64,000 bases of DNA, taken from assembly GCA_017623855.1 (NCBI GenBank), contig JAGAOD010000057.1, forward strand, positions 922 through 64,921. The letters run 5' to 3'. The notes below the pieces were generated by a model. The model ran no database searches. It saw only the letters and a program-made list of their open reading frames with translations, and had not been told where the DNA came from. The position numbers and the translations under genes were made by a program. The stretch is from Clostridia bacterium (GTDB lineage: Bacteria; Bacillota; Clostridia; Oscillospirales; Acutalibacteraceae). Below, piece by piece: positions 1-9,425 of the stretch; the stretch's first letter is position 1, and each line of letters starts with the position of its first letter.

Positions 1-874
1 CGTGGCGGTTGCCGAAATAGAACTTGATGTTCTCTGCCGGATCGCATTCCACGTGGATCTCGCCGTCCTCAAACCAGACGCTGTGGATCGCGGGACCCTG
101 CGAAGCGTAGAAATTGCCGGCCTCGAGCGCCTTCGTGATCGTGCGGTATTCGAGCTTGTCCGCCTTGATCATCACCCAGCCGCCGAAGGAGTCCCAGTTT
201 CCGGTGTTCGGGTCGTCCCAGTTGTGATTGTCGTCGGTGGAGACACAGAAGATCTTCTTGCCGCCGCGCAGCATATCATCGTAAATGTGCGGGCAGTAAT
301 CCTCATAGCCGGCGACGACGCAGCCCGTGTTGCTGATCTCCATAGCGTGCATGTTGTGATAGTTCATGTACTGCGGGTATTCCTCGAGTGACCACGCCGG
401 ATGGTTGTAGGTCACGTAAAAACCGGCGTCACGGCAGCGCTTCATGATGTCGCTGATGCATTCCGGTGTGTAAACGCGCTCGTAATCCGGCTCGTTCGCA
501 TCGAATTTGACAAGATCGCGGGATTTGCCGGCGTTGCCGAAGAGATACTTGCTGCGATGCCAGCACGGCTGCGTGAGGTTGTCGGGTTCGAGCGCGATCA
601 TACAGATATGGCAGGTCTTTTTGCCGGACAGACCGCTCGGCGTTTCCTCGTTCACTTCCACCTCGAAAGCGTTGAGCGGCAGGAAATCCTCGTCTGCGAG
701 CTCGGGATGCGGGATGAGTACGTCGTGGTCGGTATACGCGATGATCGAATACCCCTGTGCCTTATAGGCTTCCTTCAGCTCCTCGACCGTCAGCTTGCCG
801 TCGGAAATCGTGGAATGGCAGTGCAGATTGGCTTTATAGAATTTGCCGGTCTCGGGAATCAGATATTTTCTCAT
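1..874 (-). CDS. PHP-domain metallohydrolase (CehA/McbA-like), 3' end runs off the window
   Basis: Not in the ORF track (no stop in window). Manual translation from ATG 874: MRKYLIPETGKFYKANLHCHSTISDG...AYTDHD...YNHPAWS...STDDNH; PHP motifs HxHS/DG, TDH, NHP, DDxH. SD AAGGAG upstream. Confidence 0.85.
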   Translation of the reverse strand, partial: MRKYLIPETGKFYKANLHCHSTISDGKLTVEELKEAYKAQGYSIIAYTDHDVLIPHPELADEDFLPLNAFEVEVNEETPSGLSGKKTCHICMIALEPDNLTQPCWHRSKYLFGNAGKSRDLVKFDANEPDYERVYTPECISDIMKRCRDAGFYVTYNHPAWSLEEYPQYMNYHNMHAMEISNTGCVVAGYEDYCPHIYDDMLRGGKKIFCVSTDDNHNWDDPNTGNWDSFGGWVMIKADKLEYRTITKALEAGNFYASQGPAIHSVWFEDGEIHVECDPAENIKFYFGNRH

Positions 875-893
875 GGTCTTGCTCCTTTAGCGG

Positions 894-1397
894 TTATTTT
901 AGTATGTACTCGTATATATAGCTGTCTCCGTCCTCGCCAACACGGGAAAAGCCGAGACTTTCGTGCAGCTTTTGAGAGGCGGTATTCCACTTAAAGACCT
1001 CGGAACCGGTGATCTTTTTGTACCCGAGTGTTTTCAGGCGCCGGATCACAGCCTGCATTACGGACTTTCCGATGCCCTGTCCGCGAAAACGATCCTCCCA
1101 GATCGCAATGGGCGGGTTCTCATCCTTGACGGTGACGTCACCGATGCTGATATACTCGCCGTTTTCCGTGACTTCGATGAAATACAGCTCACCGATACTG
1201 TCGAGATACCGGCACATACCGCGAACGTAGTTCATGTCCGGTATTTTGGTCTCGTCAAAGATACCCTCGGAGTTTTGATAAACGTAGGGCGTCTGATAGC
1301 CGGGCAGGAGCTTTTCGTAATGCCCGTCGTAGCGGCGCAGACGAAGCGTGTCGCTGATCTGAATGATCTCCGGCTGGTCAATATCTTTAAGAGGCAT
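894..1397 (-). CDS. GNAT family N-acetyltransferase
   Basis: Acetyl-CoA motif RGQGIGK and N..S.KLHESLGF; SD AAGGAGG. Confidence 0.85.
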   Translation of the reverse strand: MPLKDIDQPEIIQISDTLRLRRYDGHYEKLLPGYQTPYVYQNSEGIFDETKIPDMNYVRGMCRYLDSIGELYFIEVTENGEYISIGDVTVKDENPPIAIWEDRFRGQGIGKSVMQAVIRRLKTLGYKKITGSEVFKWNTASQKLHESLGFSRVGEDGDSYIYEYILK

Positions 1398-1595
1398 AAA
1401 ATCCCTCCTTGTAGGCTGATTTTGCCTTCATTATACTGCGCCAAAAGAAATTTTCAAGGCGTTTTTGCAAAATGCGGGAAGAAAATCGGGATTTACCGCG
1501 CGCCGTAACTTCAACTTGTATTTCTCTCTGAGTTCCGCTATAATATTACCGTATACCGCAAATTATATCTGAATACAGGGAAAAGGAGTTTTGGT

Positions 1596-1949
1596 ATGGG
1601 ATATATGTATGCCGCGATCTTTATCATCGCGGGTTTGATCTTGATCTTTCAGCTCTCGAAGGAGAATAAGATATTCTATCTCGCAGGTGCGTATTTCGTC
1701 GTCATGGGTGCGTGGTGGGGCGTTGATGCCTTAAAGCCCGCGCTGAAGGTCTTTGAGGGCGTTCCGGGCATCGTATTCAAGGTGCTCACCGGTGTTGTGC
1801 TGGTGATCGTTTCCGTATATTTCTTCAAGGTGAATGCGGAGGGGCGCAAGAAGGAAAAGGCCAAAGAGCTCGCCCGTGAAAAGGCGCGTGAAGCGGCACG
1901 TGCAAAAGCGAGAGCCGAGATCGAGGCGGAAGAAAAGGAAGGACAGTGA
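1596..1949 (+). CDS. Small membrane protein (3 predicted TM segments, charged C-terminal tail)
   Basis: Three hydrophobic stretches, SD AAGGAG; stop overlaps next start. Confidence 0.7.
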   Translation: MGYMYAAIFIIAGLILIFQLSKENKIFYLAGAYFVVMGAWWGVDALKPALKVFEGVPGIVFKVLTGVVLVIVSVYFFKVNAEGRKKEKAKELAREKAREAARAKARAEIEAEEKEGQ

Positions 1950-2878
1950 GCGATATGATGGAAGCTTTTTTGGCGGTTACCGGTAAGGTCGCCGTGATCC
2001 TCATCTTTATTGTTGTCGGTTATGTGACCGTGCGCTGCGGCGTGTTTTCGCAGAAGGGCCTCGGGGAGATCACGAGCCTGCTCCTCTACGTCGTTACCCC
2101 CTGTCTGATCGTCGATTCGTTTCTTTCGGCGGAGTCCGGTTCACTGGATGCGTGGTCGCTGTTCCTTGGCTTTGCATTGCCGGCCGTGTCCATGTTTATG
2201 AGCATTGCGGGCAGTTACCTGTTCTTTAAGAAGGAAGAACCGAACCGCCGTAAGGTCCTGCGCTTCGCGCTGATCTTCTGCAATGTCGGTTTCATGGGCG
2301 TGCCGCTCGTACAGGGTATTGTCGGTGCACAGGGCGTGCTGTACAGCTCGTTCTTTATCGTTGTGTTCAATGTCATCAGCTGGACCTACGGCTACACCAT
2401 GATGGGCGGCGGCAAGATCCGTATCAAGACGCTGCTTTTGAACCCCGGTGTGATCGGTCTTGTGATCGGCCTGCCGCTCTACTTTTTCAACATCCGGCTG
2501 CCGGAGCTCATAGCTTCTCCGATCGAGATGATGTCCGCCGTCAACACGCCGATGGCTATGCTCGTGGTCGGCGGTTATATCGCACGCGTCAAATGGAAGG
2601 AGTTTATCTCCGACATTGCCGTGTACAAAATGGCGTTCCTGCGTTTGATCATTGCTCCTGCGCTGTATCTTGCGGTCGCGCTTTTGGTTCGTCCGAATGA
2701 AACACTGCTGCTCAGCTCGGTCATTCAGGCGGCAACGCCGGTAGCGGCGAACACCGTTCTTTTTGCCGTACAGTTTAAGGGCGACGCAGAGCTCGCTTCG
2801 AAGAGCATTGCGGTCACCACGGCGCTTTCGGTCATCACGATCCCGCTGTTTACGATACTGACACAGGTCTTGATGTAA
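1946..2878 (+). CDS. AEC family (auxin efflux carrier/malate permease-like) transporter
   Basis: About 10 TM segments; N-x-GFMG-x-P, NP, and P.A..T....QF.GD motifs. Start may be ATG 1955. Confidence 0.85.
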   Translation: MSDMMEAFLAVTGKVAVILIFIVVGYVTVRCGVFSQKGLGEITSLLLYVVTPCLIVDSFLSAESGSLDAWSLFLGFALPAVSMFMSIAGSYLFFKKEEPNRRKVLRFALIFCNVGFMGVPLVQGIVGAQGVLYSSFFIVVFNVISWTYGYTMMGGGKIRIKTLLLNPGVIGLVIGLPLYFFNIRLPELIASPIEMMSAVNTPMAMLVVGGYIARVKWKEFISDIAVYKMAFLRLIIAPALYLAVALLVRPNETLLLSSVIQAATPVAANTVLFAVQFKGDAELASKSIAVTTALSVITIPLFTILTQVLM

Positions 2879-2914
2879 GGCTTCACCGTTGATAAAAGAA
2901 AGGGAGTTTTAAGT

Positions 2915-3541
2915 ATGAAAATTGCACCTTCCATGCTGGCAAGTGATTTTACCAAAATGGGTGCCTGTGCCGAGGCGGTAAAGGATGCCGACTGGCTGCA
3001 CCTTGACATTATGGACGGCCATTTCGTGCCGAATATCAGCTTCGGTCCCGACGTAGTCCGCGCACTGCGTCCGGTCAGTGACCTCGTCTTTGACGTACAC
3101 CTGATGCTTTCGCATCCGAAATTTTACATTCAGAAGTTTGTCGATGCCGGTGCGGATATCATCACCTTCCACGTGGAGTGTGAGGACGATATCGCCGAAA
3201 CGATCGCCGAGATCAAGCGTCACGGCATCAAGGCCGGCCTTTCGCTGAAGCCCGGCACACCGGTCGAAGCGCTGTATCCGTATCTCGACGAGCTGTATCT
3301 TGTCCTTGTTATGACGGTCGAGCCCGGCTTCGGCGGTCAGAAGTTCATGGCGGATCAGATGGACAAGCTGCGCGCCCTGCGTGCGAAACGTCCGGAGCTC
3401 GTTCTTGAGGTCGACGGCGGCGTCAACCGTGAAACGGCGCTCGTTTGCCGCGATGCCGGTGCGGATGTGCTGGTTGCGGGTACGGGCGTTTTCAAGGCAC
3501 AGGATATCCCCGCGGAGATCCGTGCGCTGCGCTGCGAATAA
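2915..3541 (+). CDS. rpe: Ribulose-phosphate 3-epimerase
   Basis: IAPSMLASDF, HLDIMDGHFVPN, MTVEPGFGGQKF, EVDGG. Confidence 0.97.
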   Translation: MKIAPSMLASDFTKMGACAEAVKDADWLHLDIMDGHFVPNISFGPDVVRALRPVSDLVFDVHLMLSHPKFYIQKFVDAGADIITFHVECEDDIAETIAEIKRHGIKAGLSLKPGTPVEALYPYLDELYLVLVMTVEPGFGGQKFMADQMDKLRALRAKRPELVLEVDGGVNRETALVCRDAGADVLVAGTGVFKAQDIPAEIRALRCE

Positions 3542-3578
3542 ACAAAATTTACGGATTGTTAATAATTTCGTACGGCTT

Positions 3579-3610
3579 TTCACACAGCCGTCACACAGAG
3601 TCGATATAAT
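3579..3610 (+). promoter_or_regulatory. Direct repeat TCACACAG x2 (11-bp period) followed by TATAAT; candidate OmpR/PhoB-family activated promoter
   Basis: TCACACAG at 3580-3587 and 3591-3598; TATAAT at 3605-3610 with no canonical -35. Confidence 0.4.
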
Positions 3611-3676
3611 ACGGAGCAAGAGACCGTATTGTATCGGCTTTTTGTTTAGTTTTTTGCTGAAAATTATTGGCGGCTA

Positions 3677-3705
3677 TTGCAAAATGGCGAAAATTGCGGT
3701 ATGAT
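3677..3705 (+). promoter_or_regulatory. SigA-type promoter of ABC operon
   Basis: TTGCAA-N17-TATGAT. Confidence 0.55.
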
Positions 3706-3822
3706 TATTGAGTTATTCTATGCTATTTCTGCGCAGAAATGCGCTGTAGGAAGAGCGGCTGCCCGCTGAAAATGCGGCTTTGGGGCGATACTCTTCCAAA
3801 AGAGAAAGGATGGTTATCAATC

Positions 3823-4845
3823 ATGATCGAGGTCAAAAACCTCACCAAGCGTTACGGTGCCAACACCGCGCTGAACAAGGTCAGCTTCACGGTTGAAGAA
3901 GGTACCATCGTCGGTTTCCTCGGACCGAACGGCGCCGGTAAATCCACAACCATGAATATCATCACCGGTTACCTTTCCGCAACAAGCGGTTCCGTAACGG
4001 TTCAGGGTAAAAATACGCTGGAGAATCCGAACGAAGTCAAGAAGCTGATCGGCTACCTGCCGGAGCTGCCGCCGCTGTATCTGGACATGACCGTCAAGGA
4101 GTACCTTGACTTCATGTATGACCTGAAGGGCGTTAAGCTGAACCGCAAGCAGCACATCGGCGAGATCTGCCGCCTGACAAAGATCGACAACGTCTACAAC
4201 CGTCTGGTCGGCAACCTCTCCAAGGGCTACAAGCAGCGTGTCGGCATTGCACAGGCTCTGCTCGGCAACCCGCCCGTGCTGATCCTCGACGAGCCCACCG
4301 TCGGTCTTGACCCGAAGCAGATCATCGAGATCCGCAATCTGATCAAGAATCTCGGCAAAAACCACACGATCATTCTGTCCTCCCACATCCTCTCCGAGGT
4401 GCAGGCAGTTTGTGAGCGTGTTATCATTATCAACAACGGCAATCTCGTTGCGGACGGTGCAACCGACCGTATCGCACACGACCTGTCCGCTGAGCACCGC
4501 CTCATCGCCCGCATCGAGGGTCCGGAGAACGAGATCGTTCAGGCGATCCGTACACTCGACCACATCGAGGACGTATACTCCCTCGGCGAGAAGGAGCCCG
4601 GTGTATTTGAGATCTCCGTAGAAGGCGAAGCCGGCTACGATCTGCGCCGCAACCTGTTCATGCTGCTCACCCGTAAGGGCTGGCCGATGCTCGCGCTGCG
4701 CAACACCGACCTCACACTCGAGGAAGTCTTCCTCATGCTCACAAGCAGCGACATTTCCCTTGTCCAGCACGAAGAGGAGCCGGAAGAGGAAGCTGCTGCA
4801 GAGGAAGCGGTCGAAACAGAAGAAACCAAGGAGGATGCTGAGTAA
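3823..4845 (+). CDS. ABC transporter ATP-binding protein (GldA-like)
   Basis: Walker A GPNGAGKST, signature LSKGYKQR, Walker B LILDEPT; acidic tail. ATG 3823 follows SD AAAGGA. Confidence 0.93.
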   Translation: MIEVKNLTKRYGANTALNKVSFTVEEGTIVGFLGPNGAGKSTTMNIITGYLSATSGSVTVQGKNTLENPNEVKKLIGYLPELPPLYLDMTVKEYLDFMYDLKGVKLNRKQHIGEICRLTKIDNVYNRLVGNLSKGYKQRVGIAQALLGNPPVLILDEPTVGLDPKQIIEIRNLIKNLGKNHTIILSSHILSEVQAVCERVIIINNGNLVADGATDRIAHDLSAEHRLIARIEGPENEIVQAIRTLDHIEDVYSLGEKEPGVFEISVEGEAGYDLRRNLFMLLTRKGWPMLALRNTDLTLEEVFLMLTSSDISLVQHEEEPEEEAAAEEAVETEETKEDAE

Positions 4846-5552
4846 TGAAAGCGATTTTGAAAAGAGAGCTGAGAGCGTATTTTGCGTCTCCGGTCGGCTA
4901 CGTTGTCGTAGCGGCTCTGATGGCTCTGTATGCATTCTTCTTCTACCAGGTCATGGCTATGGGCTCCAGCTCCTACATCGGAGATGTTTTCAGCACCATG
5001 TTCATGTTCAGCATGATGATCATGCCGATCATCACCATGAGAAGCATGAGTGATGACAGAAAGAATAAGACCGACCAGGCACTGCTGACCGCTCCGGTCA
5101 GCGTCACCGGCATCGTTATGGGCAAGTTCCTTGCCGCATTCGGCGTTTATGCGATCGCTCTGACCGCTGCCATGCTGCCGGCTCTGACCATGAGCCTGTT
5201 TTCCACCGCGTTCCCGTGGGGTATCCTCATCGGCGACTACATCGGTACACTGCTGTACGGCGCTGCAATGATCTCCATCGGCGTGTTTATTTCCAGCCTG
5301 ACCGTCAGCCAGGTTATCGCTGCGATCGGTACCTTCATCATCGCGATCCTTTTGATGTTTGTTGACCAGATCGCAACCGCTATGTCCGAGAATTTCGTCG
5401 GCACAGTGCTTTCCTGGCTCTCCTTCACCTCTCGCTACGACGGTTTCACAAGAGGCATTTTCAGCATTTCCAACGCGATCTACTTCGTAAGCGTTGCGGC
5501 TGTGTTTGTCTTCCTGACCGCCCGCAAGGTGGAAAGCCGCCGCTGGAATTAA
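4845..5552 (+). CDS. ABC-2 type permease (GldF-like)
   Basis: KRELRAYFASP, TMRS...DRKNKTDQALLTAPV, GKFLA; about 6 TM segments. Confidence 0.88.
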   Translation: MKAILKRELRAYFASPVGYVVVAALMALYAFFFYQVMAMGSSSYIGDVFSTMFMFSMMIMPIITMRSMSDDRKNKTDQALLTAPVSVTGIVMGKFLAAFGVYAIALTAAMLPALTMSLFSTAFPWGILIGDYIGTLLYGAAMISIGVFISSLTVSQVIAAIGTFIIAILLMFVDQIATAMSENFVGTVLSWLSFTSRYDGFTRGIFSISNAIYFVSVAAVFVFLTARKVESRRWN

Positions 5553-5564
5553 AGGAGGAACAAA

Positions 5565-7079
5565 GTGATGAAGAAATCCAAATTCTCTGCTGTTATGCAG
5601 CAGGATAAATTTAAGCACGGCTCCCTTGCCGTGGTTTTCACCGCGATTTTCATTGCGGTGGTCATTGTGGTCAATATTCTGGCTACAGCGCTCACCGACC
5701 GTTTCCCGTCCATGAATATCGACCTTACGAATGAAGGTCTCAACACACTGAGTGAGGAAGCGATCGATGTCGCAAAGAATATCGAAAACGACACGACGAT
5801 CTACATCATCGGTTCGGAGGACTCCATCCGCAACGACCAGGTCTATGCAAGCTACGGCCTGCAGTACAGCCAGGTCGCAAACCTCGCTGACCGTATGGCA
5901 GAGGTAAACGGCAAGATCAACGTTGAGTTCATCGACCCGGACCGCAACCCGAAGTTCATCAGCGACTATGCCGAGGATTATCTCTCCTCCGGCAAGGTTC
6001 TCGTTAAGACCGAAAAGCGCTACAAGGTGCTTTCCATCAACGACCTGTTCACGGTGACACAGAACTCCGAGACAGGCGCTTACGAGTATTACTCCATGGT
6101 TGACGGTGCACTCGCAAATGCGCTGTACCTCGTAAACCTCGACAATGTTCCGGTCGTTGCGCTGGCAGTCGGCCACGATGAGATGCTGGCTACGGCAAAC
6201 GGTTCCATGGACTCCTTCTCCGGCCTTCTGGAAGACAACAATTTCCTCGTTAAGGAATTCAACATTCTGACAGAGAAGATCCCGGAGGAAGCTTCCGTTG
6301 TCTTTATCGGCACCCCGACAAAGGACTATACACCGGAAGAGATCGATAAGATCGAGGCATTTATTTCCGATGAGACCATGGCAAGCTCCCGTACGCTGTA
6401 CTTCACGGCGTACCCGACACAGAGCTGGGATACCATGCCGAACCTCAAGGGCTTCCTCAACGAATGGGGTCTGAACCCGACCGTCGGCGTTATTCAGGAA
6501 AGCGACAGCAGCCGCTTTATGAGCATCGGCAGCGGCCAGGCAAGCTACATCTACGCGGATGTCAACACCGATATGTTCACAGGCGACTACTCCGGTCTTC
6601 TGATGCCGGGCTCCTCCGCGGTTGAGTTCCTGTTCAAGGCAAACGACGAGATCGTTACGTATCCGCTCGTTGAGACGGCGGACACCGCATACATCACGGC
6701 TTTCGATGCCACTGCAGAGGAAAATCCGGAAACTGCGGTGCACACGATCACCGCTCTTGCACAGCGCTATGTCGCAGGCAACGGCAACATTCAGGCTAAC
6801 GTTATTCTGGACGGCTGCTCCATGAGCTACCTGCCGGACGTTCTGAGCAACTCGACCTTCGGCAACAAGGCTCTTGTTACCGACCTGTTCAAGAAGCTCA
6901 CAAATACAAACGATACCCGTGTTGGTCTGACCGTCAAGCAGACACAGACCAATACGCTGGACATTTCCGCTTCCGCAGCGATCATCAATCTGGTCGGTCT
7001 CATCCTTTATGTTGTGATCGTCCCGGTCGCTGTTCTGGCTGCCGGTCTTGTGATCTTCCTGAGAAGAAGACACCTGTAA
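5565..7079 (+). CDS. GldG-family ABC accessory membrane protein
   Basis: N-terminal TM, DLT...TLS, FIDPDRNP, GHDE, P..D, C-terminal TM ending RRRHL. Confidence 0.8.
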   Translation: MMKKSKFSAVMQQDKFKHGSLAVVFTAIFIAVVIVVNILATALTDRFPSMNIDLTNEGLNTLSEEAIDVAKNIENDTTIYIIGSEDSIRNDQVYASYGLQYSQVANLADRMAEVNGKINVEFIDPDRNPKFISDYAEDYLSSGKVLVKTEKRYKVLSINDLFTVTQNSETGAYEYYSMVDGALANALYLVNLDNVPVVALAVGHDEMLATANGSMDSFSGLLEDNNFLVKEFNILTEKIPEEASVVFIGTPTKDYTPEEIDKIEAFISDETMASSRTLYFTAYPTQSWDTMPNLKGFLNEWGLNPTVGVIQESDSSRFMSIGSGQASYIYADVNTDMFTGDYSGLLMPGSSAVEFLFKANDEIVTYPLVETADTAYITAFDATAEENPETAVHTITALAQRYVAGNGNIQANVILDGCSMSYLPDVLSNSTFGNKALVTDLFKKLTNTNDTRVGLTVKQTQTNTLDISASAAIINLVGLILYVVIVPVAVLAAGLVIFLRRRHL

Positions 7080-7107
7080 GGCTGCCTTCTCGGGGAAAGG
7101 AAATACC

Positions 7108-8598
7108 ATGAAGAAACAGACAAAAAACATTATTATAGCGCTCGCCGTACTGCTCGTTTTGGGCATTGCGGCAGCGGTCCTGCTCATGATGCCGTCGGCT
7201 GATGATCCGTACGATGTGGATGCGCCGACCGCTCAGACACAGGACGAGCCGTTCCTCCTGATCGACAATGAGATCACGGATGTCAAGCAGGTCGTGATCG
7301 AAAACGGTCTGGTCGACGAGACCTGGACGCTTGTCCCGATGATGGACGAGAATGCACAGGAGCAGAACAATACCTTTACCTTCAAGGGCTGGGAGGACGA
7401 AGCCGTCGTTCACACCGAGGCGCTGTCCGCGGCAAGAAGCTTCTATATGCTGTATGCCGTTAAGGACATGGGCGAGGTTGATGATCTTGCCGATTACGGT
7501 CTGGACGGTGAAGGGACCATTAAGGCGGTCGTCGAGTATCTCGACGGCACAAAGGAGACCATCATCGTCGGTGATGCAGCCGGTGAATCCACAGGCCGCT
7601 ACACACTGTATAACGACAAGGTCTATATTGCGGCCTTCTCCGAAATGCTGGTTCAGAAGCAGGTGGACTTTATCGACCTGTCCGTTCTGACCATCCCGAT
7701 CCCCGACGATTCCACACTGAATGGTGTGACGACGGAGGTCGAAAACACGATGAGTCACATGCGTTTCTCCGGCAAGAACTATCCGGAAGAGATCCTCCTG
7801 CAGAAGTCCGAGGATCCGGTCATGAAGTATGAGGTCTCCGAGCCGGTCTTTACCGGCGCGAGCGAGACAAAGATCAAGGAAATGATCGAACAGCTCATGA
7901 GCATCACCGCAAATGCGGTGGCAGCCGTAAACGCTACGGAGGATGAGCTCAAGGTCTTCGGTCTCGATGAGCCGACGGCTGTGATCGATTTCGAGATCAA
8001 CGACGAAGCACATGTGATCCGTCTCGGCGCGAAGCTGAACGGCGAGTACAGCCTGACGATCGACGACAACGATACGGTCTACATCGTGGCTGAAAGCAAT
8101 GTGGACAGCTGGGCCAATAACGTGCTTTACGATCTGCGTGACGGCTTCGTGCGTCTTGTCAGTATCTTTGATGTGCAGAAGCTTACCGTCGAGGATGCGT
8201 CCGGCAAGGACGTTTACGACGTTGAACGCGTCAAGAACGAAGAAAGATCCACGGAAGAGCTTCCGTATTACGACCTGTCCGTTACAAAGGACGGTAAGGC
8301 GATCGACTATAAGACGGCTTACCAGCCGTTCTACACCGACATGCTGAGTGTCTACGTTCTCAACGAGGCACTCGTCGAGAAGCCCGAGGGTGAGCCGCTG
8401 TTCACCGCAAGCTTTGAACATGTTGAAAACGGCGGCACCGAGGTCGTCGAGTATTATGCACTGCCGGATAACGACCGCCGCTGCGTGGCTGTTGTGGACG
8501 GCAAGGCTGTAGGTGTTGTCCGTATGTCCGACGTCGAAGATCTTATGGCAAAGAAAACTGCCGTAGGCAATTTCGAAGCGATCGCGGAAGCGGATTGA
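7108..8598 (+). CDS. DUF4340-like membrane-anchored extracellular protein
   Basis: N-terminal anchor, repeated 'YGL/FGLDEP' motifs, typical position after GldG homologue. Confidence 0.7.
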   Translation: MKKQTKNIIIALAVLLVLGIAAAVLLMMPSADDPYDVDAPTAQTQDEPFLLIDNEITDVKQVVIENGLVDETWTLVPMMDENAQEQNNTFTFKGWEDEAVVHTEALSAARSFYMLYAVKDMGEVDDLADYGLDGEGTIKAVVEYLDGTKETIIVGDAAGESTGRYTLYNDKVYIAAFSEMLVQKQVDFIDLSVLTIPIPDDSTLNGVTTEVENTMSHMRFSGKNYPEEILLQKSEDPVMKYEVSEPVFTGASETKIKEMIEQLMSITANAVAAVNATEDELKVFGLDEPTAVIDFEINDEAHVIRLGAKLNGEYSLTIDDNDTVYIVAESNVDSWANNVLYDLRDGFVRLVSIFDVQKLTVEDASGKDVYDVERVKNEERSTEELPYYDLSVTKDGKAIDYKTAYQPFYTDMLSVYVLNEALVEKPEGEPLFTASFEHVENGGTEVVEYYALPDNDRRCVAVVDGKAVGVVRMSDVEDLMAKKTAVGNFEAIAEAD

Positions 8599-8620
8599 TA
8601 CAGGCAATATGTGTGAATTC

Positions 8621-8652
8621 GGGGGCGGTCTCCAAACGGAGGCTGCCCTTTT
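8621..8652 (+). terminator. Intrinsic terminator after ABC operon
   Basis: GGGCGGTCTCC-AAAC-GGAGGCTGCCC followed by TTTT. Confidence 0.7.
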
Positions 8653-8771
8653 ATATTGCCGAAAAAGGCGCTTTTTGGGCGGAGCGCACTCCATTGTCGG
8701 GCGAGTTGAACAATTCCGCCGTCTCCGATGCGGTGCGGGGCTGTCATACTGTGAAATCTTTTGCTTTTCGC

Positions 8772-8800
8772 TTGCAAAAAGAGATCGGCTGTGCTATAAT
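8772..8800 (+). promoter_or_regulatory. SigA promoter of rimP-nusA-infB operon
   Basis: TTGCAA-N17-TATAAT with TGn extension. Confidence 0.75.
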
Positions 8801-8826
8801 TTCTTACGGTAGATAGTAGGATGATG

Positions 8827-8855
8827 AAAGAGTGGGGCGACCCGCTCTTTTGTTT
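8827..8855 (+). promoter_or_regulatory. rimP (ylxS) leader hairpin/attenuator
   Basis: AAAGAGTGGG-GCGA-CCCGCTCTTT-TGTTT between promoter and rimP; resembles the Firmicute rimP leader hairpin. Confidence 0.65.
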
Positions 8856-8895
8856 ATATTGCGGGCAAAAACGTCTGCGGAAAGGAGCGCGCAAA

Positions 8896-9381
8896 ATGGC
8901 AGAAGAAAAGAAAAAAAGAGGCAGCACCACGGACATTGTTCGAGGTATTGCACAGCCGCTGGCCGCTGAGCTGGGGCTTACTCTTTGGGATGTGACCTTC
9001 ACAAAGGAGGGTGCCGAATGGTATCTGCGCATTTTCATCGACAAGCCGGAAGGTGTTTCGATCGATGACTGTGTGAACATGACGCACGCGATCAACCCGG
9101 TTTTGGATCAGGAAGACCCCATTTCGCAGGAATATATGCTGGAGGTCTCCTCCCCCGGCATCAACCGCAAGCTGACCCGTCAGGAGCATTTTGAGGCATT
9201 CCTCGAAGCACCTGTGCGCGTAAAGCTGATCCGTCCGCTCGAAAACGGCGTGCGGGAGCTCGAAGGCATTCTGATCGACGTGATGGAAAACGGTGACTTC
9301 GAAGTGATCATCGAAGAAGACACCACGGTCACCTTCACGAGAAAAGAATGTTCCTCCGTTACTTTGATCGAAGAGTATTAA
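8896..9381 (+). CDS. rimP: Ribosome maturation factor RimP
   Basis: LRIFIDK..GVSIDDC, YMLEVSSPGINRKL; first gene of nusA operon. Confidence 0.95.
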   Translation: MAEEKKKRGSTTDIVRGIAQPLAAELGLTLWDVTFTKEGAEWYLRIFIDKPEGVSIDDCVNMTHAINPVLDQEDPISQEYMLEVSSPGINRKLTRQEHFEAFLEAPVRVKLIRPLENGVRELEGILIDVMENGDFEVIIEEDTTVTFTRKECSSVTLIEEY

Positions 9382-9425
9382 TTTCAGAATAAGGGTAAAA
9401 CCAGTAAAGGCAGGTAGATCGGAAA

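Noticed and set aside
8670-8750. GC-rich imperfect hairpin between the ABC terminator and the rimP promoter (sRNA or REP?)
   Set aside because: Single copy, with no promoter/terminator pair or recognisable family.
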